From Lepidodermella squamata (lineage: Eukaryota; Animalia; Gastrotricha): a stretch of DNA of 64,000 nucleotides. Location of the stretch: NCBI GenBank assembly GCA_047495785.1, contig JBLDXI010000013.1:806001-870000 (forward strand), in the 5' to 3' direction. Position 1 is the first letter of the stretch. The number at the start of each line of letters is the position of its first letter. The notes below the pieces were generated by a model. The model worked only from the letters and a program-made list of their open reading frames with translations, was not told where the DNA came from and did not search any database. Shown in pieces: positions 48,401 through 60,260 of this stretch. A program made the translations under genes and the position numbers.

Positions 48401-49701
48401 CATGTCTTGCGCATGTTATCTCAAGAAATTTGACATATTGCTGGGGGTATTTTCTGTTTTCACCTTTTTATTGTTTTAGTGTTTTGGGGTTTATTCGTTA
48501 GCAAGGTAAGCAATTATTTTCAGTTGTTATTATTATTATTTGTTATTTTAGGAAAGTCATTTTACCTGATAGATGTAGCTCTTTTTCATGCGCATTATAG
48601 TAATAATAGTGGAAGCAAATATTTTTTCATTATAAGGAATGCCGTGCGCGCGGCTTCGATTTTTTCCGCTCACGGCCGCCGGTCACGCTGCGTGTCCACT
48701 CTTGTTTACGAGTTGACGCGCGAACTGCGCGATAAACAAGAGAGACGAGAGCGCACGACAAAAATATATAAAGCTTTTTTTTCCTATACTGCCGCATACT
48801 GTACCTTTTCGGCCGTTTAATAAGCGTATACCTTCTCGCCAGGGAGAGAAGAGGCTGCTTTATATGAATGCAAAAATATACCGGCCACACCACTCCTGCT
48901 CGCCGCGTTTTTCTCTCTAGAAGCAACAGAGCGTCGGGTAAAAACATGCACCTAACATGGCATTTGTTGTTGGCAGTGGGGACCATAGTACGACGAGATA
49001 AAACATGTCCTTATGCGTCGCGAGAGTAATCATCGCTATCTCATATCTTTTTGATATGCGCGTAATATTACATGCTTAAAAAAGGAGCTCTATAGTAGTG
49101 TATTGCCTTAATAATAATGCTATAGCAAAAATATTACATTGAAAGATGTTTGTTTGTGTGTGTGTTGTCGGCCATTAATATAAAGCTATGGCCATCGCAC
49201 CATATACACTACCACCACACCTGGTCTGGCGACGGCTAGGTACGTTACGCTATAAAAGCTAAAAAGGTACACTCTTGTGCGCCCTTCTCACTTGCTACTC
49301 GTCTGTGCATGAATCAGCAACCTGCCGTCTCTCTCTCTCTCGGCCAAACTATACACTTAATGCATAGGTAATACATGGAAAAAGCGGCCACGCGACGGCG
49401 GAGGGCGGAGCCGTGTTATTTGCCAAAATTTGCACTCCAAATCTAGCCTCGCTATACATCGTAAGCCAGGTAATATGCATAAAACCGCTTTTTGATACTA
49501 CTACCACAATGATGGGACGCCTTGACGCGTTTTCCTCTCACACCGCAAACGTCGCTTGAAACACATATGTCTAGCAAATAACAAAACCGCAGGTTGTATG
49601 GCTATTAATTTGACACCTTTACTATCTGACTAGGTTTGCTTAATAATTTTTAATGGAATCAAGTATTCGGCCGTAAACATTTGGATATTCTGGATCAGAG
49701 G

Positions 49702-52205
49702 ATGTACGTGATTCCTGTCGCTTACTATGTGGTGAAACCTGATGGCGGTCTTCAGCAAAATGGGCCAAGTAAGTAGCGTGATTCATTCGATTGGAACCTG
49801 ATATAGATTTGTTATTTTCGCGCCAATAAATTGCGACTGAAAACCATTAAAACTCCCCCTCGACATTGGAGAATGTCGCTTTATTTGTGGGGTCATATGA
49901 GTCACCTTATGTATCTGTTTTACCCAACTCGCTCCGAGCCATTTTTTGTGGAGTATAATATACAATCCTTTCAACCATGCAAGGTTATTGCTATTATTAA
50001 TAATATTATTGGAGCTATACAGCTATTCAGATGTCGTATAATATATGACCATACGTGAGAAGAAAACTTTTTGTTTGCAACTTATTTTAGTACATTTTTT
50101 CTGCGGGAGATGTTATCGTATCTGCAGTCCTATAATAAGCAGCTGTTTTCTTTTTTGCATAGGAATTGAAGTAGTTGGCAATCAAGCGACACTGCGACAC
50201 GACCAGCAAGGTCAGCAAGGTTATTATTACGATCAGCAGCAACAGGCCATGCAGAGATACAACAACCAACAGGGTTACTACAACAACGGCAATGCTTACT
50301 ATCAGCAGCAGCCTGTGCAACAGCAACAGCAACAGCAGGCTAATTGGGGTGGTTACCCGAATTACAACAATGGGTACCAACAACCCCAGCAGCAGGGCTA
50401 CTACCCCCAGCAGCAGTATTACCAGCCGAACCCAGGGACTGGTTACCAGCCTGGTTACGCTCCTCAAAATGCCCAACAGCAGCGAAATTATCCGCCTAAT
50501 AATGACAGCGGCAAAATGATTGTCCCTGTTGGACAGGCGCGGCAGCATAATTTTAACCAACAACCTCAAAAAATTTCGCAACCTGCTGAGAATTTTAAGC
50601 CTGCTCAAGTTCGGCCAACCACACCGACCATGCCAGCAGGTCCGGGCAGTCGACCGGCAAGTCGTCCGAACAGCCGTTCCAATAGTCTAGAGCGGCAACG
50701 GCAACCGAGCCGGAGCGGGGAAATTCAGATTCAGATCCCTGGAGAAGGTGGCATTCAAGGCCCCCTTTCCGCCGGGTCGCTACCTCCTTCGTATGGGCCA
50801 TCGCCGAGACATCGTGAATTTCGTGAGGCGATGGAACAGCCGGTTAAAAGCCCACCGCCGCGGCAGCTTTTCGAGTTGCCGTGGGACCCGAAGAAAGAAC
50901 CGAACCCGCCGCAAAACGTGCGCCACGTCCACCCGAAAGACCTCGTGCCGCCCGAGGTGATGCAGATGTTTTCTGGGCGTCCTGACGCACCGCACCACGT
51001 TGAACCGCAGAATAACCAGCAACAGTTGCCTCGAAGCGGATCGCAGCCGAACTTCTCCCGGTCTTCGTCGCTGCGCCGCTCGAACCAGCAGCAGTACTAC
51101 GACGAAATGCAGCGGAGACGGGCGGCTCAGCAGCCGCAACAGCCGACTGCAGATTTAGTCAAGTCACACCTCAATCTGGCGAACAGTCGCGAACATCTTG
51201 GCCCGAAGCAGTATAATAACAACCGGCCTGCAAAGCCGCCAGCCCATCATCATCAGCACTACGCCGAGCCGGTCCACGGTGGCCATGGCGGGGCCCACGG
51301 GCACCACGAAACTGCCCAACTTGTGAGGCATATTCCGCCCGAAGAAGCGTCACGCTTACCGCAGGAAATGTTCGAGGAGAAGCCGAAATGGCAGCCAGTG
51401 CGGCCGGAAAAATTCAGCATTTTCGGCAAAGAGGCTGCCTATCCTCCGTTCCCAGTTATCGGACCTCGCTTCATGATTTCGATTGCGGGCGGTGCGAAAC
51501 TTATTGAAATTGTGAGTTGGAAAATTTAAATTTAATTCAATTTCTAATTATTTTGGCTTTACAGTTGCTCAGTATTGCCGTTCTTGTCCTGGTTACTATC
51601 ATCTGCGATCGCGGAAGGTGCTTTCCTCGGTCGTACAATCCCATGGCTACAGGTAAATTTTACTTTTTCATTTTTGCTCAATATTTTAATTTTTCATAAT
51701 TTTTTCAGAGGTTGTGATGTGGATTGTCGCGAGTTGTGCCATTGTTGGAACTGTGTTTTTGTGCATACCTTATGCGCGGAAGAAACCTGTTTCGCCAAAA
51801 GCTTATTACCGATTCCTTTTACTCGAAGTCGGCCTCGACTCGCTGGGTGCTTTTTCATACTTTGTCGCCTCGATTTGTCTGCTGGTCATTCGCGAGGGTG
51901 AGATAATTGGCTACATGATCGAGACATGGGTCTGCGCCGCGGCGCTCGGCTTCCTCTGCGGCGTGCTCTACGTGTGCTCAACCGTCTTCGCCTATTTGGC
52001 CCTGCAACGGGCTCGCTACTACCTTCACTTCCTGCGCTATGCGTCGTACAAGCACAAGGAAGACGCGGCGTCTCAGTCGTACCGCATGAGCGTCGCGCCG
52101 AATCCGGCCACGCACCAAAATCCAGTCTACAACCGGCCGCTGACGACAGGGCCTAGCCCGTACTCTCAATCGGCGGCCTCAACAACGCTTACACGATACA
52201 ACTAG
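49702..52205 (+). CDS. MARVEL-domain four-TM protein (CMTM/plasmolipin-like) with a long Q/N/Y/P-rich N-terminus
   Basis: Exons 49702-49768, 50163-51511, 51565-51652, 51709-52205. The MARVEL start FMISIAGGAKLIEILLSIAVLVLV is followed by three more TM helices ending AAALGFLCGVLYVCSTVFAY. Confidence 0.8.
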
Positions 52206-52679
52206 TTTTGCAAAGCAATTAAATAATGAAGCTTTTTTTGTGTCGTTTTTCTACGAAAAAATATATGTCAATTATTGATTGTCTTGATGTTTTTTAAAAT
52301 GTTCACATTTTTTGAGAGGAAAAACTGCATTTAACTGTGGTTTGCTTGTCGTTAATTCCGTTGGAAAACGAGGTAGAATTTATTTTAGAAAATGACAATA
52401 AAAATTATGAAATGAATTTCAATTGACTATAATGAGATTCAAAATTGTCGGAACGCGATGGGGCAAACAAAATTCTGCATATGAAAAGCCTGACTCAAAG
52501 ACCCGGTGAATCTAAAAGAAAAAGCATGAATGAGAGGATGAAAGGTGAGCTGAGAAATAGCAGAACGCGCTATCGGCCATTCAAATTATTTGCAGACATA
52601 TAAAAGCAGCAGGTTGTATCTCATACCTCTCTGAAATTCTTCTAGTCGATATCAGAAATTGATCCCTTCGCCTGTTGAA

Positions 52680-54797
52680 ATGACACAACGCTTGCGCGAG
52701 ATGGATCTGATGGCCCTAGGTCGGCAACGCGACTACGACGACCAAGGAAATCTGATCGAAGTGGCAAATGCTGACCTTCGGGGTCGGCGCTTTCAGGAGT
52801 CTTATGCCATGCCTCGTGTGGAGTGCGATGTCTGCAAAGTCAGGTATGGTATCGCCTCGGCTGCTTCTTCACGCTGCTACGACTGCGGCGACAACCTATG
52901 CGCCTATTGCGCATCGGTTCATCGCTCAACCAAAGCAACAGCTCAGGTAAAATTGATTATTAGTCTTTGTCAAATCAATAGAATCCACCTTAAATATTTC
53001 TATTCTTTATAGCACCGTGTCGTGCGCATCCAACCTGGCTCTTTTGTCGCGCCCGTTTATATGGTGACCGACCCGCGCACGGGCGAACAAGTGGCGCCGG
53101 ATGCCTTATTGGGAGCTGCTGGCGCCGGCAATATTTCCTTCGCCGATGTTTCTACCTCATGCATTCCACATGGCCGTAGAGCTGAGAAATATTGCACGCT
53201 ATGCGAGGAAGCTGTCTGTGACCTTTGCGAACCTAACCATGAGGGCCATCGCGTTGAAGCTCTAACCGAAATGAACCGCCAACTACAGGCTAGCCTAGTT
53301 TCCCTGATCAAGCAGACTCACAACCAAAAGGCGAACATGGCGAAGGTGCAGCGATTTCTAGGCTCCCAGCGTAAATGGATCAATGACAGGCGTAGCGAAT
53401 TGTTGGAAAACGTGAGACAGCGCGCTGCTCAACTGCACAAATCAATCGATGTAATGGAACTGCGGTTCAAGGATGAAATTGAGGCGGCTGCTATCAAAGC
53501 TTTCGCACGTGTTGAAAGCGATTACCAACGCTTCTCAAATCTACATACGGATTGCACGAAATCGATCACGGACGCTGTTTTCGCTATTCAACACGAAGCT
53601 AGTCCGAAGAAGCTGTTGGAAACTCAAGCGAAACTACTACACCAGCTTCGGCCAACTGCTTTGACCCAGGCGACTAACCCAACTGATGTGACGCCGCCAA
53701 TCAATTTCTACTGGAGGTTCACGTTTTCGGGCGATGGCGAAGAGCAACTCACGAAAAATTTCGGCTCATTGGACAATTTCTCGCTGTTGCCAGTCACTGC
53801 TTTCAATGTCTCCTTGGCCGATGATATCAGGCCAGCCGATCCTACAGGAATCTGCGTAAATGAAAATCAAACGATTCTCGTAGCTGATTACGCCAATGGT
53901 CGAGTGAAACTTTTTGGACCTGCCGGGGAATCGTTGGGTTACGCTGGAAAAGGTTCGCTGAATTCAGCATTTGGCGTAGCAATTCTGCCGGATTCCCGCA
54001 GGTTCGCAGTCACGGATCCAGCCTCAGGGTGTATCGTGATTATTCAGGACAGCATCGGCAAGGCGATACGTGTGCCAGTCACGCATGGATCAGCTCTTCA
54101 AGGCCTTTGCTCGACGAATGGCAGTTTGCTATACGCAGCGGCTCCGACAACGAAATCAGTGCTCATCTTCGACGCATCAGCCAGGGTAATTTATTCATTT
54201 TCTAATTATTCCTAATTTTATTCTCCTCCAATTATTTTCAAGGTGGACTCTGGGGTCAGATTTAAAGGGGAAATATCGACGGCAAGAAGGAATGATGGGA
54301 AAGAAACAACACTAGTAGGGGCCCCTATCGAAGCAGGTGACAGTCTTTTCCAGAGGCCAACCTTCGTCTCTGCTGATCAATTCGGCCGATTGGCTGTTTC
54401 AGATTACTTCGCAGCCCAGGTTCAGGTGTTGCTAATAGAATCTGACCTGTCGTCTACCCTTATTCGAACATACACCGGCGACTACACTCTTCCAGATCGC
54501 AATCGAGATCTGCCAAAGTCGGCCGACCTATTCTCGCATAATCCTTCCCGACAGTTTCACATGGGCGATAAAACTAGAAATCGACTGGCGACACCAGAAG
54601 GTGTTGCTTTTGACGAGTATGGTCATTTGTTCATAGCAGACAGCGACAGCGGCATGGTTCACATGGCGTCGCCGAACTGTTCCCCGATTTGCCATACGAC
54701 TGCTTTGACAGGCGAACCACGTGCCCTCTGCGCGATTAATGGCTCACTAATGATTACTGAAAAAGGTGGCCAAGTTAGAATATATCGCTATGCTTAG
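52680..54797 (+). CDS. RING-less TRIM-NHL-like protein (B-box 1, B-box 2, coiled coil, NHL repeats)
   Basis: Exons 52680-52946, 53013-54185, 54243-54797. Motifs: CDVC..CYDCGDNLCAYC..H..H; CIPH..YCTLCEEAVCDLC..H.GH; NHL repeats PTGICVNE..ILVADYANGRVKLF and PEGVAFDEYGHLFIADS. No RING is encoded in frame upstream. Confidence 0.85.
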
Positions 54798-55169
54798 TTC
54801 AAGTTACTCGTAATAAAATTGATCGAAGTTTCCAGAGGCGGATTTTTATCGCATGTTTGAGGTCATTCAGTGCGTTCACTCGTGCTTTAAGGACACTCCA
54901 AACCTCGCTATACGTCTTCGAAATGATGACTGATGGGGCGCATTTGTTACCTATGTTCTGTACGCACTTTAACATAACTAAAACTGTGCGTACGCTGCTG
55001 CGATTAGCATTTTTTATCGAATAACAAATTGCGCCGAAAAGATTTACGAGTTGGCTATGAGATGCCGCTCGCTATAAATCATCTGTTTAAGAAAACTAGC
55101 GATGAATGCTCGTTATGTATTATATTACATTCATCGTTTGCTGTTGAATGCGAAAGATAACGGTTAACC

Positions 55170-56113
55170 ATGTGGTTTTTCGTTTCGATTTATATCATCT
55201 GCCTCATTTTCAACCCCAGAACAGGTAGCCTTCATTTTGACTTTTGCATTTCTGGAAATTTATCTTAATTTATATCAGATGGACTCACTTGCTACGACTG
55301 CTCTGATGAAATGGTCAAATGTGCGACGCATGTCCTCAAGACAAAATGTGAGGATGAGCAGCCTTTCTGCAAGGTTCGAAATTTTAAAATTTCCTTGACC
55401 CATTTTTTACATTTTCATTTTAGTACATCCAAAATAACGATGATAAGACAATAATATTAAAGTGCGCCGCTATGCATGAATGCGAATTTGCCGACGATGT
55501 TCCGCTGAGAGAAATGCTGAAAGATGTTGATGAATTTGCGACTCGCGACGACTATTCAGCCCTTGTTGACGAGGACACAGTGACGGTGTTCACAGGACAT
55601 CGCCCAGCGCAATTGCTCACGAATCGCCGCCGGCCTTTCTCCAGCGACACATCGAAAATCAGAAATAAAACTCGGTCAGATAACAAAAACCGGCGTTTAA
55701 GCCGCGTATCTGGAACAATTATCCAGGACTGTTGCGACGACAATTTATGCAACTGCTTCGGTGAGCACTGCAGCTTAGCCGATGAGTTAACTGCCGATTA
55801 TTTTTCGAACAACGAAATCGAAGATGAGCGAGCTCTCGGGGTGACTAGGCCCGATCGACGCTCAATCGCCCCGCTACCGTTTGATGACGAGATTATTGGG
55901 CTAGCTGGCGAGGGACCCTCGAGAAGCTTTTCTTATGATCAACAAGGCGACCTGGCTGAAGGTGACATGTCTGAAAATTCGACGGAGGAAATTATCAACG
56001 ACCCTGAATCGAACTCGCTTAATAACGGCAATCACTTGTTGTCATCATCGGAAGTGAATAATCCTGCGATTATCTTCATAACCATTTTTATACTGCTCGC
56101 CGTTGAAAATTAG
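55170..56113 (+). CDS. Ly6/uPAR (three-finger) protein, predicted GPI-anchored, with an expanded loop III
   Basis: Exons 55170-55224, 55279-55373, 55424-56113. It has a signal peptide, LTCYDC, 10 LU cysteines ending in CCDDNLCN, an acidic stalk and a hydrophobic C-terminus (PAIIFITIFILLAVEN). Confidence 0.82.
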
Positions 56114-56368
56114 TCGTGGAAATAAATTGTGAATCTTGAAAAAATGCTGTATTAGTATATAGACAGTTTTATTCGTTAATTGTTTCAGTATAAGATTCAA
56201 CCAGTTTTTTAATAGTCTAAATCATTAAAATCAAATAATAATAGACAAAGAAAAATTATCGTACCAGGTAATGTCATACAAAAAGTTCAGCGAACACAGG
56301 TACCAATCATCGCGAGAAGAAGAAATGAAACCGGGTTGGTCATTTAAAAAAACAGCCATTTCAGCCCC

Positions 56369-59300
56369 TCAAACTTTATTATCGTCAAAAGTGTGAGTGC
56401 TTTTGCAACTGCTAACGCGTTTCAGCACCGGCGATAACCGATCAGGGCTAGCGATATCGATGAACTCAAGAGCCGGCGCCTGGTTGATGGCTTCGATGGC
56501 TGACGCTGTGTTCTCAGACACACGGCGATGTATATTTTCGATGATGGCGAGCCGCTGGCCGTGCGGGTGGCGGGTGCTGCAATTTCGCGAAACTTGACGT
56601 AGTAGCACTGTGTTTAAAAACTGAATGTTATTCTCATTCAGACGCAGACCGCGCCGCGACCGGCCCTCCGACAAGGCAGTTTGCAGATTTTGATGATTTT
56701 GCGGCGTCGTGACAACTTTATGCTCATCGCCATCAAACGCGTCATTTTCAAACTCCTCGATGCGGTCTTCGTCAGGGCTGCTGCCGAAATCGAGATTACC
56801 GCCTACCATAAGCGGTATCTCCGCGTATTTAGGCTGGATGGAGAGTTCGCGCAGCAAACGGCGCCGAAGCCGCTCGTCGCGCAACCTCTTGACCTCAGCT
56901 GCCGATGCGTTGCCAGCTATCGTCAGATACGGGTCGTGATGAATCAACTCGCCCGTTGATGTCACCGTCGTGTCGACCTGCGAGTATTGGGTAGTGCCTA
57001 GCGTGCTAGCATCTGCTTGGTTCGGCGCAACTTCGTTCACTTCTTCCATCTCACTGATGACGACAGCTTTGTTGTACTCGCCAATCGCTGCTTCGACGCT
57101 AGATACAAAGTGGAAATGGTCGAGGCCGAGTTTTTCGAATTCGCGATGCACCTCTTCGTTGAGGTTCGCGAAAACAACGTGCAGGCCCTTCTGCACAGCG
57201 GAAAGCAGAAGGCTCCGGAAAGCTTGAACTCCGGTGTAATCGACAGATTGAACGAACGTACAGTCGATTATTAGGTGAGATTCCTGCTCGAGCAGAGCTG
57301 CAACTTTGTCGAGAAACTTGTCTGCGCTCGGGTACTTCATGCCATGTGACAGCTTGACAATAACAAGCGAGCTGAAACGAAGAAAAAATCGTCAAGTAGG
57401 GTTATTATTATCTATAAACATAGACAAATATAATCAGACAAATTTGTTGCCCATGTCCATAAAATCTAATTCGCAAAAGTCGCCCTTAATTTTTCAAGCT
57501 CTACGCAAAAAGTGTTTAACGATGCTCTGAGCATTTCGGATTGAGTCTTCGGTCGACATTGATATGACCAAGCCAGCCTTTAAAAACATGTCCTCCTAGA
57601 TTTCCGATATTGGTTTCAATTTTTGATTATTTTTGACATTCAATGAACATTAGAGTGGGTACGAACCTTGGGTGCTCAGTATCTCCGAACGAGAAACTCG
57701 AGGCAGGGTGCTTTCTGGTAATGTGGAGCTGAGTATGCACGATTCCTCGCAGTAGAATCATAGCATTGATGCTGAGGCAAATGATGACCTGAAAATCCAG
57801 AGAAATAAATTTACAGAGCCATGACATGAAAAACTCACTCCGTAGCTAATTTCGAAGAAAACGCAGACTAAAATGGTGAATACGAGCATGAAAGCATCGG
57901 TACGGCAGTGGCGCCATACATCGGGAATAATGCGGAAATCGCACAAATTCAGCGCCGCTACAATGATAATCGCCGCCAGCGTAGCTTTCGGCACAAAGTA
58001 AAACACGGGCGTTAGCGCGTTCAACGCAATTATCACAACGCTGGCGGAGATAATTGACGCCAATTGCGAGCGAACGTGACACTGGTCGTTGAGAGCGCAC
58101 CGGGTAACGGCGGCTGTTACTGGTACGCCGCCAAGGAAGGCAGTTACAATGTTGGCGATTCCTACAGACATTAGTTCTTGCCTAAGAAAAGAATTTCAAC
58201 TCCAAAAATAGCGGGGTTCGATTATTCTGTTACCTAGCGTCAACTCGGTAGCCGTTTTTCCGACCGAGGGCTTTCAGAATAGCAAACATTTCCATGATAA
58301 TCATCACCGGGACCACAATGTAGCCGACAATCAGATCACCGAGCGTGGTTGCGACGTCTTTCAGAACTACAGGCTCAGGAATATGTCGGCTTAAATTGCC
58401 ACTATACAGCGACATGTTCAGCGGTTCAACAATGTCAAATCGTGGCACAGCAAAGCTCGGCATTCCAGGCTTAATGTAACCGACCAGGGTGATGCCAGCA
58501 TGAGCCGGGTCCGGTGCATCCCGAGTAAGGGAGTAAGCAATTCCGGTGGAGATGATGAAAACAACAATGTTTTTACAGGCACACAGGAAGCGAATGGCTT
58601 CAAGGGCGACTTCGAAGCTGTGCGAGTTTGAACTTGGCTTCGTTGCATCGTCGACATGTCTGCTGTACTGGCTCATGTTACTGCTGCTTCGTTGCATGGC
58701 GCGACGACGGCGATATCGTCTAATTAACTTAGCCGCCGTTTCAATAAAAGTCGGCAAGCTTTGCATGAATAGCAGAAACACGAGAACAGTCAAACCGATG
58801 ACAGTGTCCATCAAACTGTTTTTTTTGACAAAAATAATGATTTTTTTCAGAATTTCGACATTCCAGACAACTAACTTGATATCTTGTATCCGTTCGCCAA
58901 CGTAAATCAGCTGTTTCACGAAAACCCCGGGAATTTTGAAGGGGCACTTTTGAAGACCTAACAGAGGCTGAAAAAGCATGATGAACATCAAATTAAATTC
59001 CTTGAAAAAAAAATTAAAAAAATTCACTAGTAAATAATCTCGACTACAAAATTAAAAAAATTAAAAATTAAAGAGTTGAGGAAATAACTTACCGCTAACT
59101 GACTCGCTGCAATAGTGATGCCCGCCGCGGTAGTAAATCCTGAGACAACTGGGATCGAAAACAAGTTCACGATGAAGCCGAACTGCAAAGCCCCGATCAA
59201 AAACAGGATGATTCCGCCGAAAAAGGCCAGAATCGTCGCGCAAGTCGCGTCTCCAGTATCGTAGAGCGGATTTACGGTGGCACTGACGTGCCCTGTAATC

Positions 59301-59759
59301 ATCGCAACAATTGCAGCGGGGCCAATTGAGGCATCTACGAAATTTAATAATTTAATAATTTCGAATTTTGTCGAGACTCGAGAAATACCTTTAGAAGTTC
59401 CCATTAGGACGTAAATAAATTGGCCAGCGAATGCCGAGGCCAAACCAAATTCGGGCCTTAAGTTTGCCATAGACACATAAGCCATGCTCTAAAAATTGGA
59501 GGAAATAATCAAGAAAAATGAAGACGAGCTTTGGCATACCTGAGGTACCAAAGTAAGACCAACTAAAATAAAGAAAAATGATTTGAAATAACATGTTTCG
59601 GCGTTTAATAAAACCTGTAAGTCCTGCAGCGACATCATATCGAAGATTGGACAGCTCGTAGTTACGTAGCCAGACCAGAATCGGAAATACCCGCTTCAGA
59701 CCACGAACAACAGCTTCTTTTTCAAACTTCTTGCGGACGCTCTTACAGAAGTCTTTCAT
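56369..59759 (-). CDS. SLC26/SulP anion transporter (SLC26A11-like), tandem copy A
   Basis: Nine exons. Motifs: FPILVWL, DVAAGLTVGLTLVPQSMAY, MGTSKDASIGP, FSIPVVSGFTTAAG, QELMSVGIANIV, PKATLAAIII, and STAS-domain LIIDCTFVQSVDYTG. Confidence 0.92.
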
Positions 59760-60260
59760 TTCCAGGCAATAGAATGACAGCTGTCCACAGTGAATTCGTA
59801 TCGAAAATACCGAGACAGGCCACTTGTTATGCTATATCGGCTAAAATTTTACGCCAATTACTTGTGATAGGCGCGGGCGTAATCTCCGACTTGTCTACTA
59901 TACCACTATAACATGTGTAAGTCAACGAGGAAACAAGTGCTCTTTCATCATCATTAAGCACACGCCATTATTTTAACAAGACACGCGCCGACCGGCCCCT
60001 GTTTGCGAGGTCGTTGCTTGAGGCTCAACACAGCAATATAAGCAGCGCGAATTTATTACAAAAACAACAGTGCTTAGATACAATTTACTCATTGAATCGA
60101 AAATAATCTAAAGCTGACACCTTGAATTATCATTTACACCGCCAGGTTAACATCTACGTCGAATTAAATCGTGACAGATGGCTATTCTTGTCATTTTATA
60201 ATAATTATATTTTTCCTTATTCACTCAAGTCTTTATAACTAGAAGTTGCGGACTTATCCA

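Noticed and set aside
52380-52680. Possible RING-encoding upstream exons for the TRIM-NHL gene
   Set aside because: The candidate upstream exons contain stops in the required phase and no Cys/His pattern. They are probably 5' UTR.
49702-56113. Three closely spaced co-oriented genes (MARVEL, TRIM-NHL, Ly6) as a trans-spliced operon
   Set aside because: Each is followed by a plausible poly(A) signal, and tight spacing is general in this genome. No SL evidence is visible in the DNA.
14035-56113. Functional linkage between the nAChR-like subunit and the Ly6 protein
   Set aside because: They are ~40 kb apart with many unrelated genes between them. Co-occurrence in one window is not evidence.
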